From: Halorarum halobium
Lineage (GTDB): Archaea; Halobacteriota; Halobacteria; Halobacteriales; Haloferacaceae
Assembly: GCF_032116555.1 (NCBI RefSeq)
Contig: NZ_CP134950.1
Coordinates: 1-64,000 of the forward strand
Length of the DNA: 64,000 nucleotides
Direction: 5' to 3'
The position numbers were made by a program, and so were the translations under genes. Shown in pieces: positions 51,791 to 62,595 of the stretch; position 1 is the first letter of the stretch, and each line of letters starts with the position of its first letter. The notes beneath the pieces were generated by a model that saw nothing but the letters and a program-made list of their open reading frames with translations, did not search any database and had not been told where the DNA came from.

Positions 51791-51980
51791 AGGCCTCGGC
51801 GCGCCCGGTCCGTACCGCGACCCCGTCTGTGGCATGCGGACTGACGACAGCAAGCCATCGGCGACGCACGACGGCGAGACGTACTACTTCTGCTCGCAGA
51901 CCTGCAAGGAGACCTTCGGGGAGAACTCGGACGAAAACGCCACCGGGCATCCGATGGTGATGGAGGGGCACGACCACTGA
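51791..51980 (+). pseudogene. 3' remnant (YHS domain) of a permease paralogous to 17428-18831
   Basis: GLGAPGPYRDPVCGM..YYFCSQTC..HDH stop, with no upstream start; first 42 bp identical (inverted) to 17594-17635. Confidence 0.85.
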
Positions 51981-52133
51981 CGGACAGCTCGTTGATGGTT
52001 CACAGTATCGAGTGAGTCCGTCCGTCGTGCTTGGACACATCCGCTGACGCGGCCATACTGAACCCGCTACCGTGACTCTTGAGCGGAGAGAATTGGAAGT
52101 CAATTTATGATACCGCCTTCGAATTCCGACTGA

Positions 52134-52583
52134 ATGTACGACCGAATTCTCCTGTCGACCGATGGAACTGTCGCGTCTGAAGATGCTGAAACGCACGCGA
52201 TCGAGCTCGCAGCCGCTCACAACGCGGTCCTTCACGTGCTCTACGTCGTTGACGAGGATGTCGTGACTGCCTACAGCGGGGACGAGTACGTCGACGAGGC
52301 CGAAGGTCCCGAACACGGGCTCGAAGAACACGGCGAGGAGACGCTTTCGGAACTCCGACGTCGAGCCGTAGAGACCGATGTCGATGTCGAGACGACGATG
52401 CAACATGGCCGCCCCGCTGAGACCATCGTGAATCACGCAGACGACTGTGACGCCGATCTCCTCGTGCTCGGTACCAAACGCCGGCCGGACGAATATCGGG
52501 CGTTGCTCGGCAGTGTCACCGACCGCGTCCTTCGGCTGACGACGCGTCCGGCAACCGTCGTGAAAACCGAAGTCAGCGAGTAG
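52134..52583 (+). CDS. Universal stress protein
   Basis: YDRILLSTDG, GRPAETI, LGSVTDRV. Confidence 0.9.
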   Translation: MYDRILLSTDGTVASEDAETHAIELAAAHNAVLHVLYVVDEDVVTAYSGDEYVDEAEGPEHGLEEHGEETLSELRRRAVETDVDVETTMQHGRPAETIVNHADDCDADLLVLGTKRRPDEYRALLGSVTDRVLRLTTRPATVVKTEVSE

Positions 52584-52597
52584 GGAACGACCGTCCG

Positions 52598-52993
52598 CTA
52601 CCGTCCATCATCTGGTGTGAGACGGGCGCGACGGCGGTCGAACTCCTCGTCGTCGATCTCGCCACGGGCGTACCGCTCTTGGAGGACGGCGAGTGCGCTA
52701 TCCTCGGCGGGGCCGTTCGATTGCGACCGCGTCCCCAGCCAGTAGATGAAACCGAGGGGGACGGCGACGAGGAGTGCCATCCACAGGAGACCGAACAGCA
52801 TCATCCCCCAGCCCCAGCTATCCCATCCGGCCATGTGGCCGTCGTTCCACATGCCGTCGTGCCAGCTCCACATCATTGCATCTGGGACGGTCGCGTGCGT
52901 GAGCGCCATTCCGGCGACAACGGCCAGAGCCAGCGCTCCGGCGACGATGAGTCCCAGAGAACGAATTCCGCGTGCTTGAATTGGATTTTGCAT
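52598..52993 (-). CDS. Met/His/Trp-rich SHOCT-domain protein
   Basis: MMWSWHDGMWNDGHM; LQERYARGEIDDEEF. Confidence 0.88.
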   Translation of the reverse strand: MQNPIQARGIRSLGLIVAGALALAVVAGMALTHATVPDAMMWSWHDGMWNDGHMAGWDSWGWGMMLFGLLWMALLVAVPLGFIYWLGTRSQSNGPAEDSALAVLQERYARGEIDDEEFDRRRARLTPDDGR

Positions 52994-53021
52994 TGTTGTA
53001 CTCCCAAAGGTCTCGGCGTGG

Positions 53022-53582
53022 TTAGCCGAGGATGTATTCGAGGGCGGGGTAGCGCTCGACGAGCGTCTCGCCGCCGACGTCGTAGTTCTCGATGTACTGG
53101 TCGAGGCCCAGAATGCGGCCCGCGGCGAACGCGGCGACCGCGAGGAACACGAGCATGTACGCGAAGTCCCCGTTGATCACGCCGTGGGCGACCTCCCAGT
53201 TCCCGAAGTAGAACATGAGCATCATGAGCGCGCCGAAGAACGCCGCGAGGCGGACGAACGCACCGACGAGCAGCCCAAGACCGATGAACAACTCACCGTA
53301 CGGGACTGCGACGTTGGCGAACTCGACGAACCACGGCGTCGAACCCATCCACGCGAACAGGCCCGCAAGCGGGTTGCCGTTCGTCGCGGCAACGTTCGAC
53401 AGGTAGCCGCCGGCCGCGAACTCGCCGGTGATCTTGGTGAACCCGGAGTACGCGAACGCGTAGCCCATCATGAGACGGAGCGCGAGCACGAACCACGCGC
53501 TGAGGCTGTGGACTTTCCCGCCGACGGTCAGGCCGCCGACTTTGCTCTCGAGCTGGTTCATGCCGGAGTCGAGTGTGGACAT
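53022..53582 (-). CDS. DoxX/DoxD-family membrane protein
   Basis: Close paralog of 24595-25149. Confidence 0.88.
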   Translation of the reverse strand: MSTLDSGMNQLESKVGGLTVGGKVHSLSAWFVLALRLMMGYAFAYSGFTKITGEFAAGGYLSNVAATNGNPLAGLFAWMGSTPWFVEFANVAVPYGELFIGLGLLVGAFVRLAAFFGALMMLMFYFGNWEVAHGVINGDFAYMLVFLAVAAFAAGRILGLDQYIENYDVGGETLVERYPALEYILG

Positions 53583-53696
53583 AATTATTGCACCTTCAAC
53601 TATCAGTAGGCGAGGAGAGACGATATAATAGCGAGCTGTCGTGCTGAGTCAGAAAACCGGGGGGCTATATTACCCTCCTGTGGCGATTAGAGGAGT

Positions 53697-54047
53697 GTGA
53701 CTGAGGAGGCTGACCCGTCGGAGGTCTTCGCGACACTCGACGACGAGTACGCCCGCGACATCCTCGTGGCGACGAAGACCGACCGACTCTCCGCGAAGGA
53801 ACTCAGCGAGGAATGCGACATGTCACGTCCAACCGTCTCACGCCGTGTCACCCGCCTCGTCGAGCAGGGCCTCCTTGAGGAGTACACGCATGTCGACCCC
53901 GGCGGACGGCACTACAGCGAGTACGAGGCGCGACTCGAGCGTGTCGAAGTCCTCCTGCAGGCGGAGGGCTTCGACGTGCAGATCGACGTCCGGCCGGACC
54001 CCGCCGACCGGATCACGTCCATCTTCGAGGAAATGCGGGGAGACTGA
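53697..54047 (+). CDS. ArsR-like HTH regulator
   Basis: [33 protein letters not shown]. Confidence 0.87.
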   Translation: MTEEADPSEVFATLDDEYARDILVATKTDRLSAKELSEECDMSRPTVSRRVTRLVEQGLLEEYTHVDPGGRHYSEYEARLERVEVLLQAEGFDVQIDVRPDPADRITSIFEEMRGD

Positions 54048-54050
54048 CTC

Positions 54051-54326
54051 ATGGAACACACGTTATTCGTCATCGGCAAGCTGTTCACGACCGTATTGGC
54101 CCTCGTCATCGCCTATCAGGCCTATCGCGGATACCAGCGCCATCGCACGCAGTTGCTTCTGTACGTCGCCGCCGGCTTCGCGCTGGTCGGGCTGGGCGGC
54201 CTTCTCGAAGGTGTTCTCTTCGAACTCCTCCAAGTGTCGATCTTCGAAGCAGGATTCGTCGCAGCACTCGTCACCGCCGCCGGGATGCTATCTATCCTCT
54301 ACGCCCTGTATGCCCCGAACCCCTGA
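54051..54326 (+). CDS. Small 3-TM protein adjoining HTH regulator
   Basis: [21 protein letters not shown]. Confidence 0.8.
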   Translation: MEHTLFVIGKLFTTVLALVIAYQAYRGYQRHRTQLLLYVAAGFALVGLGGLLEGVLFELLQVSIFEAGFVAALVTAAGMLSILYALYAPNP

Positions 54327-54357
54327 AGATTCGGGGCGTTCATTCGAGAAGCGGCCC

Positions 54358-55128
<771 letters not shown>

Positions 55129-55345
55129 AACGCTCCCGATCGGTTTTGGAGCTCCTTTCAATTAAGTTCGGTTGGTGGACAGCAAATGGCGACACTGCGT
55201 AATTTCGGTGGGTATCGCTATGCAGTCACCGGTTCCACAGTTTTCCCGAAGGGTGCATAGTTCGGTATACACAGACGCTTCCTCTGATGGGCTACATTGC
55301 TGCGCCAGCACTAGGTTTATACCGTTAGACGGGTTTCTTTCTAGT

Positions 55346-55450
55346 ATGAGCCTCGAAGAGACGGTTGACTACCTCGCCGAGGAACTCGACCTCGAGCGAA
55401 GTGAACACGTCCGTGAGGTTGGTCAGTCAGTCGCCGAACTTCGCGACTGA
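55346..55450 (+). pseudogene. Short acidic ORF, probable gene remnant
   Basis: MSLEETVDYLAEELDLERSEHVREVGQSVAELRD (34 aa) after TTTATA box near 55316. Confidence 0.4.
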
Positions 55451-56338
55451 TCAGAACATTTCTCTGAAGTCCCGTTCGACCAGTCCGTTCTCCAGATACG
55501 TGATGAACTCTTGTTTCGTTGGTCCTTGACGGTCGAGCAGATCGTCCTGTTCTGCTCGTTCGAGAACTGCCTGCGCGAAGTCCGTACAGTGGGATTCGTG
55601 CTGCTCAGCGTACTTCGAAAGCGCTTCTTGCCAGTGCATATCCAGCTCGAACTCGGCTAATCGGATTTGGATCCCGTCTTTCCGTTCGACGAGGTCGATG
55701 TCCAACTCTTCGAGCTGCTTGAAACGGAGGTTGTTCCGGCGGACAGTAGTGAGCCGTTTGGAATCGACGATATAGGGATCGACCCACTCTCGCCAGGAAT
55801 CGTCGTCGACGTGCGTTCGTGGCATCTCAAAGTCCGAGTCCACACTCTCAATACAGAACTGCAGCATCGCGATGCCAGTTCGATGATTCGCATTCGGGAG
55901 GGAATGTCGGAGGATCAAATTCGACATCACCTCTCCAGCGACGGTCGGCAGTGGTGCTCCCCAGGAGACGTGATTGAGTGCCTGCTGGATCTTTTGTGGT
56001 TCGAACTTCTTGTAGAGCCGAAACTCATCCTCCTCTCGAACATCGACAGCTGCTTCGAGCAATTCTACTAATCGGAATGCGACAACTTGCCCAGCACGGG
56101 GGAGGTCACGAATACGGTCGCTCAGCCATTCCTGATCGAAGTCGACCTCTTGGGCTGATTCAATCTCTGAATCGCCTTCGTAGAGCACATAGACTGGAGT
56201 TTCGAAGGGATACCCGATGAGCTTTGTCGACTCGTCGGATTGCTCTCGCTGAGACAGGATTTCTGCCACCGATGCCGAGCTAAATTTGAGGGAGAAATTC
56301 TCGGCCTGTGGGTGGTGATAGAAGACGAGCCGAGCCAT
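55451..56338 (-). CDS. Fic/Doc-domain protein
   Basis: Variant Fic motif HSLPNANHRTG. Confidence 0.75.
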   Translation of the reverse strand: MARLVFYHHPQAENFSLKFSSASVAEILSQREQSDESTKLIGYPFETPVYVLYEGDSEIESAQEVDFDQEWLSDRIRDLPRAGQVVAFRLVELLEAAVDVREEDEFRLYKKFEPQKIQQALNHVSWGAPLPTVAGEVMSNLILRHSLPNANHRTGIAMLQFCIESVDSDFEMPRTHVDDDSWREWVDPYIVDSKRLTTVRRNNLRFKQLEELDIDLVERKDGIQIRLAEFELDMHWQEALSKYAEQHESHCTDFAQAVLERAEQDDLLDRQGPTKQEFITYLENGLVERDFREMF

Positions 56339-56391
56339 CTTACTGTGGATTCGTGGGAAGTAGGTAAAGCAGTCCCGCTTTTATAATGATT

Positions 56392-56688
56392 CTACGACGT
56401 AGTGGGTGCGTTCACATCTTCTAAATACTGACTTTCCCACTCACGTCGCGCCTCGATTTCCCGCAATCCGCGTTGCGTGACCGTGTACACGTTCGTCCGC
56501 TTGTCGAGTTCACCCTTCTCCAGCAGTCCTTTGTTGACGAGATCGTCGAGATTCGGATATAGGCGGCCATGATTGATCTCCTGCTCGTAATAGTCGTCGA
56601 GTTCGTCCTTGATTGCGAGCCCATGAGGTTCCTCGAGCCCGGTGGTTACGTACAAGATATCCCGCTGGAACCCAGTCAGATCGTGCAT
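56392..56688 (-). CDS. PadR-family HTH regulator
   Basis: DLTGFQRDILY..PHGLAIK..HGRLYPNLD. Confidence 0.9.
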   Translation of the reverse strand: MHDLTGFQRDILYVTTGLEEPHGLAIKDELDDYYEQEINHGRLYPNLDDLVNKGLLEKGELDKRTNVYTVTQRGLREIEARREWESQYLEDVNAPTTS

Positions 56689-56822
56689 CTGTCTGTTCCC
56701 TATTTTTGAGGGGTGGCATATGTTCTCTCTGGTACTCAGAGGCGAATTCGGCGTAACTGGTCAGGAAGACTACGTGAGAACTTCGAACCTTTATATGGTG
56801 GACAGGAGAAATCCGCGATGGA

Positions 56823-56990
56823 ATGTCTGACCTAATCGTCAAAGCAGCCGTGAAGGACGCACTTTCGGACCACAACGTCTCGGCAGATTTCTACGACGCC
56901 CTCAACGAAGAGGTCGCCGAACTGCTCGACGACGCCGCAGAGCGTGCCGAGGCCAACGACCGGAAGACGGTTCAGCCCCGCGACCTGTAG
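56823..56990 (+). CDS. DUF1931-type histone-fold protein (55 aa)
   Basis: Hand-translated MSDLIVKAAVKDALSDHNVSADFYDALNEEVAELLDDAAERAEANDRKTVQPRDL; RKTV..D histone clamp. Confidence 0.88.
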   Translation: MSDLIVKAAVKDALSDHNVSADFYDALNEEVAELLDDAAERAEANDRKTVQPRDL

Positions 56991-57065
56991 GCCTGCGTAA
57001 CGCAGCCAACCCCGGCACTCGAACGTAGCTTTTTGAGGTTCCTGTTCAGAAGTTAGGAAACGGAG

Positions 57066-58118
57066 ATGGCGGACGCACCGGATACCGAACGGCAGGCGGT
57101 CGAACCCGATGCGAGAGAGGTCCTTAGCGTGTCCCAGCTGAACGACCGGATCGCGTCGGTCGTCCAGGACACGCCTGCCCTCAACGGCGTCCGCTGTATC
57201 GGGGAGGTCACTGACCTCCACAAGAACAGCACGGCGCTCTACTTCACGCTCACCGACGGTGAGGCCGAGCTCCCCTGTATGATCTGGGCGAACCGTTACC
57301 GGGAGATGGACGCCGACCTCGAGGACGGGACCGAAGTCATCCTCGAGGGCGATATCGACTACTGGGTCGAGGGTGGGAAGATCGACCTCAAACCGTGGGA
57401 GGTGATCGTCGTCGGCGACGGCGACCAAGCGGCTGCCGTCGAGCGACTGCGAAGCGAACTCGAAGAGCGTGGCTGGTTCGACGACGAGCAGAAACAGTAA
57501 CCGCCGGCGTTCCCGGAGCGGGTCGGTGTCGCGACCTCGCTGCAGGGCGATGCCCGCTACGACATTCAGAGTGCGATCCACGAGCAGGACCCCACCGTCG
57601 ACATCCTGGTGAAGGATGCAACTGTCCAGGGGTCGGAGGCGCCGACGTCCATCGCGAACGGCATTCACCATCTCGACCGCTCGGAGGACGTCGACGCGAT
57701 CATCGTCGGCCGCGGTGGTGGGAGCGATTCGAACCTCCAGGCGTTCAACACCGAGCGGGTCGCGGAGGCGATTTTCACGGCAAACACGCCGATCGTGACC
57801 GCTATCGGCCACACTGACGATCGGTTGATCGCGGACCGGGTTGCGGATATGGCCGCGATCACGCCGACGGCCGCCGGCGAGTACATCGTGAAGTCCCGGA
57901 ATGACTTCCTCGCCAGCGAGATCGAGCCGTTGGAGCAACAGCTTGAGACCGCCTACGAAACCTTCGAACAGGAGCACGAACACGAACAGGAACTGACCGA
58001 GGCAGTCGAGGAGGCGACCGCCCCCCAGGGCCTTCAGCCAGTCTATTACAAGGCCGCGATTGCTGTCCTCCTCCTGCTGTTGCTGGTCATCACCGCCCTC
58101 TGGCTAGGAGTGATCTGA
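57066..58118 (+). pseudogene. xseA: Exonuclease VII large subunit with in-frame TAA at 57498-57500
   Basis: VLSVSQLN OB fold; same frame resumes PPAFPERVGV..IIVGRGGGS..AIGHTDD..TPTAA; C-terminal TM. Confidence 0.88.
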
Positions 58119-58120
58119 GA

Positions 58121-58303
58121 ATGCCGAAAGACCCCGACATCAAACGGCGGATGGACCGCGTTGAGGAGATTATTGACCAGCTCGATGCGGACGAGGTGTC
58201 GCTCGAGGACGGCCGTGAACTCTACGACGAGGGTCAGGAACTGCTTGGTGAAATCCGGGGGCGGCTCCAAGACGGAGACGGCGAGGTTATCGAAATCGGG
58301 TGA
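58121..58303 (+). CDS. xseB: Exonuclease VII small subunit
   Basis: RVEEIIDQLDADEVSLEDGRELYDEG; follows xseA. Confidence 0.85.
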   Translation: MPKDPDIKRRMDRVEEIIDQLDADEVSLEDGRELYDEGQELLGEIRGRLQDGDGEVIEIG

Positions 58304-58454
58304 TCGTCGCGATAGTCGTCAAACCGTCAGAGACTTAACCAACACTCCATCGGAAAGACGGTGTTCTGTTGGTTAAATTTGTGGCTGCTCCGATTCCACC
58401 TGTAGGCTTAACTACGAGGTTCCTCGATTTCTAAACGTGCGATACTAAGCCACG

Positions 58455-58829
58455 ATGTTACACGAGACAGTGCTTGTTTTCGGTGTCTATCTGGTGACCT
58501 GTGGCATCGCCTGGGCACTCCACGAATCGGCCCACTATGCGGTTCATAGTCTCTACGCGGAGTCTGTCACATTCGGATTGAATCGTCGAGGCCCATACGT
58601 CAACGCTATCTATGAACCGGATGCCCCCACGCTTGCGATTCGAGTCGGATCAATTGCCCCAACACTTCTCTTTACCCCACTCGTTGCGCTCGGTATCGCC
58701 AGCTATCACTCGATGTATTCACTTCCGCAGTTGGATCCGGTGGGATGGTCGTTGGTTATTGTTCCCCTCGTTATATTGGTCTTTCCGACGAGTAGTGATC
58801 TCCAATCATGTCTCAAAGCGGCGTGCTAG
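58455..58829 (+). CDS. Small membrane protein with HExxH zincin-like motif
   Basis: ALHESAHY, IAP, PTSSDL. Confidence 0.65.
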   Translation: MLHETVLVFGVYLVTCGIAWALHESAHYAVHSLYAESVTFGLNRRGPYVNAIYEPDAPTLAIRVGSIAPTLLFTPLVALGIASYHSMYSLPQLDPVGWSLVIVPLVILVFPTSSDLQSCLKAAC

Positions 58830-58938
58830 CTGTCTTGTACTGGGGAGAAAAGAACTCGGGAGTTATATAATCTAAATTATAGATATGGGATAACCGTTAA
58901 TATTTAGTAGATTTGGCGCAAGTATGTGCAAATGTAAC

Positions 58939-59223
58939 ATGGCGCAAGCCAGTCCCCGCAGTAACCACTCCGAAGCTGACTCGGATGACCAGCCCTCCGT
59001 GTCTGTTGAGGCGTGGTTAGCGGCGATCAGTAGAGAACTGGATCCCGCCGAGTGTGAGGATCTCTCCGAACTCGGCATCTACTCGATCCATGAACACAGC
59101 AGCGCCCGCACGATTACCCTTCCCGAAGATGCAGACGAGTTCGGCGACGCGACGACGGTGAAACAGTATTATTTCGAGGGTGGGGATTGCCCACTTCTCA
59201 TCGTTGCCCCGTTGCAGGTCTAA
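58939..59223 (+). CDS. Small acidic hypothetical protein (possibly AbrB-like)
   Basis: SSARTITLPED; acidic. Confidence 0.5.
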   Translation: MAQASPRSNHSEADSDDQPSVSVEAWLAAISRELDPAECEDLSELGIYSIHEHSSARTITLPEDADEFGDATTVKQYYFEGGDCPLLIVAPLQV

Positions 59224-59246
59224 GTCGTCCCACCCCTTGTGACGGC

Positions 59247-59453
59247 TCAGGAACAGCTGGTGTCGTCTTCCTTGTGATCGGAGTAGAACTGGATCAGATA
59301 TTGAAACCGAGCTGTATCGCTCGTGAAAGAGTCGAGTTCCTCCTGTAGCCACTCATATTTCCTCTGTGGGATTCGCATATTAATCCGCGCGACATTGTCA
59401 TCGACATCGGAGCCGGAGCTGCCGGTGCTGGGTGCTGTGTCGGCGTCTGACAT
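59247..59453 (-). CDS. Probable ribbon-helix-helix protein
   Basis: RINMRIP strand then helices; divergent from transfer operon. Confidence 0.55.
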   Translation of the reverse strand: MSDADTAPSTGSSGSDVDDNVARINMRIPQRKYEWLQEELDSFTSDTARFQYLIQFYSDHKEDDTSCS

Positions 59454-59643
59454 TGGTTGAATTCAGGCTATGCGGTCGCATATATCCCTGTAGAATGGAA
59501 ACTGCTCTAGAGAACTTGGAGAACTTTGAACCACTCCAAATACATTCAAATTTTCTAACTTCTTTTGGTCGTTCTCCACATTCCCACAAACGATGTGTGC
59601 TCAGGTCCCCTCCGGCGAGACGCGGGCCCGTACTGAGGCATCG

Positions 59644-60015
59644 ATGTCCACAATTCGTATCATCCACAGGTCAATCGGCCCGATTCTACTGGCGCTCCTC
59701 CCGCTGATCCTGTTCGTGGGAACGGCGGCCGCCCAGTCGAATCCCGGAAGCGCCTTCTGTGATTCCAATATGGCCGACACCATTCAGAACATCTTCACTG
59801 TCATCCAGTTCGGCGGGCCACTCATCGGCGGCGTCCTCGCGCTCGGCGCGACCGTGGCAATCCCATTCACCCGCCGGTCGGACTGGAAGAAGGAGATGAA
59901 ATCGGTTCGGAATCAGGGACTGCTGTGGGGCGTGATAGTTGCGCCCCTCGGGACGGAGATCGTCCAGTTCATCCTGAACAACATCGTCGTCGGTGCCACA
60001 AGCTGTGGATTCTAA
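59644..60015 (+). CDS. VirB2/TrbC-like pilin candidate
   Basis: Signal ending AAAQ, two hydrophobic helices, first gene of coupled operon. Confidence 0.6.
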   Translation: MSTIRIIHRSIGPILLALLPLILFVGTAAAQSNPGSAFCDSNMADTIQNIFTVIQFGGPLIGGVLALGATVAIPFTRRSDWKKEMKSVRNQGLLWGVIVAPLGTEIVQFILNNIVVGATSCGF

Positions 60016-61696
60016 CCCCGCCACAGGATTCGCACTCGTCATGTCCGCCATCCTCGTCGCCTCAACAGCCGCCGTTCCGACGAGAGCCCATCCCCAGACC
60101 AGTACTGATCACGGCGTCCCGGAGGAGACCTTTCACAAACTGTGGTCAGGGGATCAGGACCGCGCGACAGACGGCGCGAATTTGAGCGACGGGTCAGCCA
60201 TGGAGCAGCTGGCCAACGGGACCGATATCCCCCTCGACTCACCACCACGTGCTGTCGAGCAATGGAACCGCGGGGACCTCAAAGAGTTCCCTGCGACAAA
60301 CAGCTCCGTGTCGGTTTATCCGCCAGATGCCGAGTTGACGAACGGTCGGTTCATCCGGGAGGCGTACACCGAGATCTTCGCTGTCCAGCCGTCGACACGA
60401 GCTCGACTCTCACCCTCGCGGCAACCTCTGTACGTTGCGCCCGAGGGGACGCTACTCGGAACCGTCGACTACCGCGTGGCGGTCCCGACAGACGATACCT
60501 CCGGAGACCGTCGCGTCTACTGGAGTCTCGAGAGTCATCAGATCGAAGCGACGAAACTCCTCGTCGACGGCGACGAGGAGACGAGAGGCGGAGGCTCTCA
60601 CACGCCAGCGCTGTCGTACTCCTTGGAGGGGTACGCCGGCGAGAAGCACCAGCTCAGACTCCAGGCGAACATCTCGGTTCAGCTTCGCAAGGAGGTCGAA
60701 GTCTGTACCGCTCACAACGACGAGGGCGACTGTACCTCCTGGGAGAGTTCAGTTTCGTACCCCACCGAGAGCGTCACGGTCACTGACTCCATCGAGGTCA
60801 CGAAATACGACCTCGCGGTCTCCGGGTTCATCGCCGAATATCCCAATGGCGATCTCGGACTCGTCGTGTACAAGAACCAGCCGTGGCTCGGCTACCAGCT
60901 TCCGAATGGGGATGTCCGAGGTGTCTGGCGGTTCTATTCGGCCCGCGACAAGGACTGGGATACGCTGGTCTACAGTTCGGACGATGGACAACGAACTGTC
61001 CATTCACCACTCCACCCACTCCAAGTGAATGCGTATCCCATCGAGACAGGACCGACGCCGTCGCCCCGGCGGAACATGACAATTCTGGACGTGTATGGCA
61101 CGTCGACATCGCCGCCAACGCTCCCCTCGAACGTCCACTTGGATGTCCTCAGGGGACCATACACGGCCAGCTACGGAATCGCGACGCGAGCCGCGACCGA
61201 CAAGTGGCCCGAGAGTGTTCGTGCCTGGGGGCTTGTCAGAGGAGTCGGGGCAGAGCGACCGACTGATGCGTTCGCTCGGATACAGATCTTCGAGAGTAAC
61301 CTTACCTTGGAGGTGGTGAATCAGAGCGAGGACACGGTCACCGTTCGCGTCACTCTCCGAAATGCGAAGACCGGTGCGCCCATTAACACCGCCAAGCGGG
61401 GCGGATACGTCGTCGTCAATGGGGAGCGATTGAATACGTCCGGCAATGGAACCGTCATGACGACCATCGCACGTCCACCAGGTGGTGTTTCTGCTCGGTA
61501 TGAGCCCGGTCACTGGTGGCTTAACCCACCGGGCTATACCGGTGACTCAGACACCGTCCTGCTACAAGGGACTGTGCTCCAGTTCGTGTCGACACTGTTC
61601 CGTATCGGGGTTCCCGTCTCGTTGTTCCTTCTAGCGGTTTTCTTCGTCGATCGCATTACCGGCTGGCGGATTTGGCCCCCATGGAGGTCACCATGA
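60005..61696 (+). CDS. Large secreted protein with C-terminal TM (transfer cluster)
   Basis: N-terminal signal, beta-rich body, C-terminal anchor; start uncertain. Confidence 0.7.
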   Translation: MDSNPATGFALVMSAILVASTAAVPTRAHPQTSTDHGVPEETFHKLWSGDQDRATDGANLSDGSAMEQLANGTDIPLDSPPRAVEQWNRGDLKEFPATNSSVSVYPPDAELTNGRFIREAYTEIFAVQPSTRARLSPSRQPLYVAPEGTLLGTVDYRVAVPTDDTSGDRRVYWSLESHQIEATKLLVDGDEETRGGGSHTPALSYSLEGYAGEKHQLRLQANISVQLRKEVEVCTAHNDEGDCTSWESSVSYPTESVTVTDSIEVTKYDLAVSGFIAEYPNGDLGLVVYKNQPWLGYQLPNGDVRGVWRFYSARDKDWDTLVYSSDDGQRTVHSPLHPLQVNAYPIETGPTPSPRRNMTILDVYGTSTSPPTLPSNVHLDVLRGPYTASYGIATRAATDKWPESVRAWGLVRGVGAERPTDAFARIQIFESNLTLEVVNQSEDTVTVRVTLRNAKTGAPINTAKRGGYVVVNGERLNTSGNGTVMTTIARPPGGVSARYEPGHWWLNPPGYTGDSDTVLLQGTVLQFVSTLFRIGVPVSLFLLAVFFVDRITGWRIWPPWRSP

Positions 61697-62595
61697 TGTT
61701 CAGAGATCAGCATGAACCCAATAACCGAGAGCTCGAACGCTCCATTAGCCGACGCCGTCTCTTGACCTGGTCTGGCACAGCTCTACTTTCGGGCATCGCC
61801 GGGTGTTCGAGTACAGACAGTCCCGGCAACGGGACGGGTTCGCCGGCGGGATCACCGTCACCGCCCGTCGATTCCGTTTTCGAGGACGTCGGATTTGCTG
61901 GCCCCAATCTCGTCGTGACCCTAGCTGAGGATCACGATGTCGACCGGCTCAATCTGATCGCCCCGGATGGAAGCACATTCAGACAAACAGCGGTTGCCGA
62001 AGGAGCGACGACAGCAGAACTTCAGATCCTCTTCAAATCCGGCGGGTCCTACGATACTGGTGAATACGAATTGGTGGCCGTCAAGGGCGAATCTACCGAC
62101 TCGATGGCGATCGAACTCCGTCCGGAGATCAACGTTGTTGATGTCGAACCGGAACTTGACGAAGACGACCGGAACAGTACCGGCCGGCTATTCGTCACGG
62201 TCGAGAATACGGGCTCTGGACCAACGTGGGTCTACAACATCGGGTTCCGAAACGCCCCCTATGCGAACGCCCCAGATGTAATTGAGGGCAATGGTGTCGT
62301 TGATACGAAGTTTGAACGTCCTCAGGACCCCCAAGAAGAGTTCCTTCAGCCCAATGAGGAACAGAGATTCCTGAAAGGACGAGGGGTGCTGATCATCAGC
62401 GATGACGATGCAGTTTCGTGTGAGGGAGGCACTGTCGAGATAACCATTGTCGTCCAAACCCCACACGAGGATATTGAACAGCCGATTCGCGCTGGCCTAT
62501 CTGGTGGGTACCATATCGATGACCAGGCCGCCATTCAGCATCCCTGCAAGAACATCGACATTGTGCTACTGAGTGGAGGTGGTGACGATGCGTAG
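61693..62595 (+). CDS. Tat lipoprotein (transfer cluster)
   Basis: SRRRLL, IAGC lipobox. Confidence 0.75.
   Translation: MMFRDQHEPNNRELERSISRRRLLTWSGTALLSGIAGCSSTDSPGNGTGSPAGSPSPPVDSVFEDVGFAGPNLVVTLAEDHDVDRLNLIAPDGSTFRQTAVAEGATTAELQILFKSGGSYDTGEYELVAVKGESTDSMAIELRPEINVVDVEPELDEDDRNSTGRLFVTVENTGSGPTWVYNIGFRNAPYANAPDVIEGNGVVDTKFERPQDPQEEFLQPNEEQRFLKGRGVLIISDDDAVSCEGGTVEITIVVQTPHEDIEQPIRAGLSGGYHIDDQAAIQHPCKNIDIVLLSGGGDDA

Noticed and set aside
51717..52436. 239-aa minus-strand ORF
   Set aside because: Mostly antisense to usp and the YHS remnant; only the last ~23 codons are a real gene fragment
56832..57983. 383-aa minus-strand ORF
   Set aside because: Shadow of the histone gene and xseA
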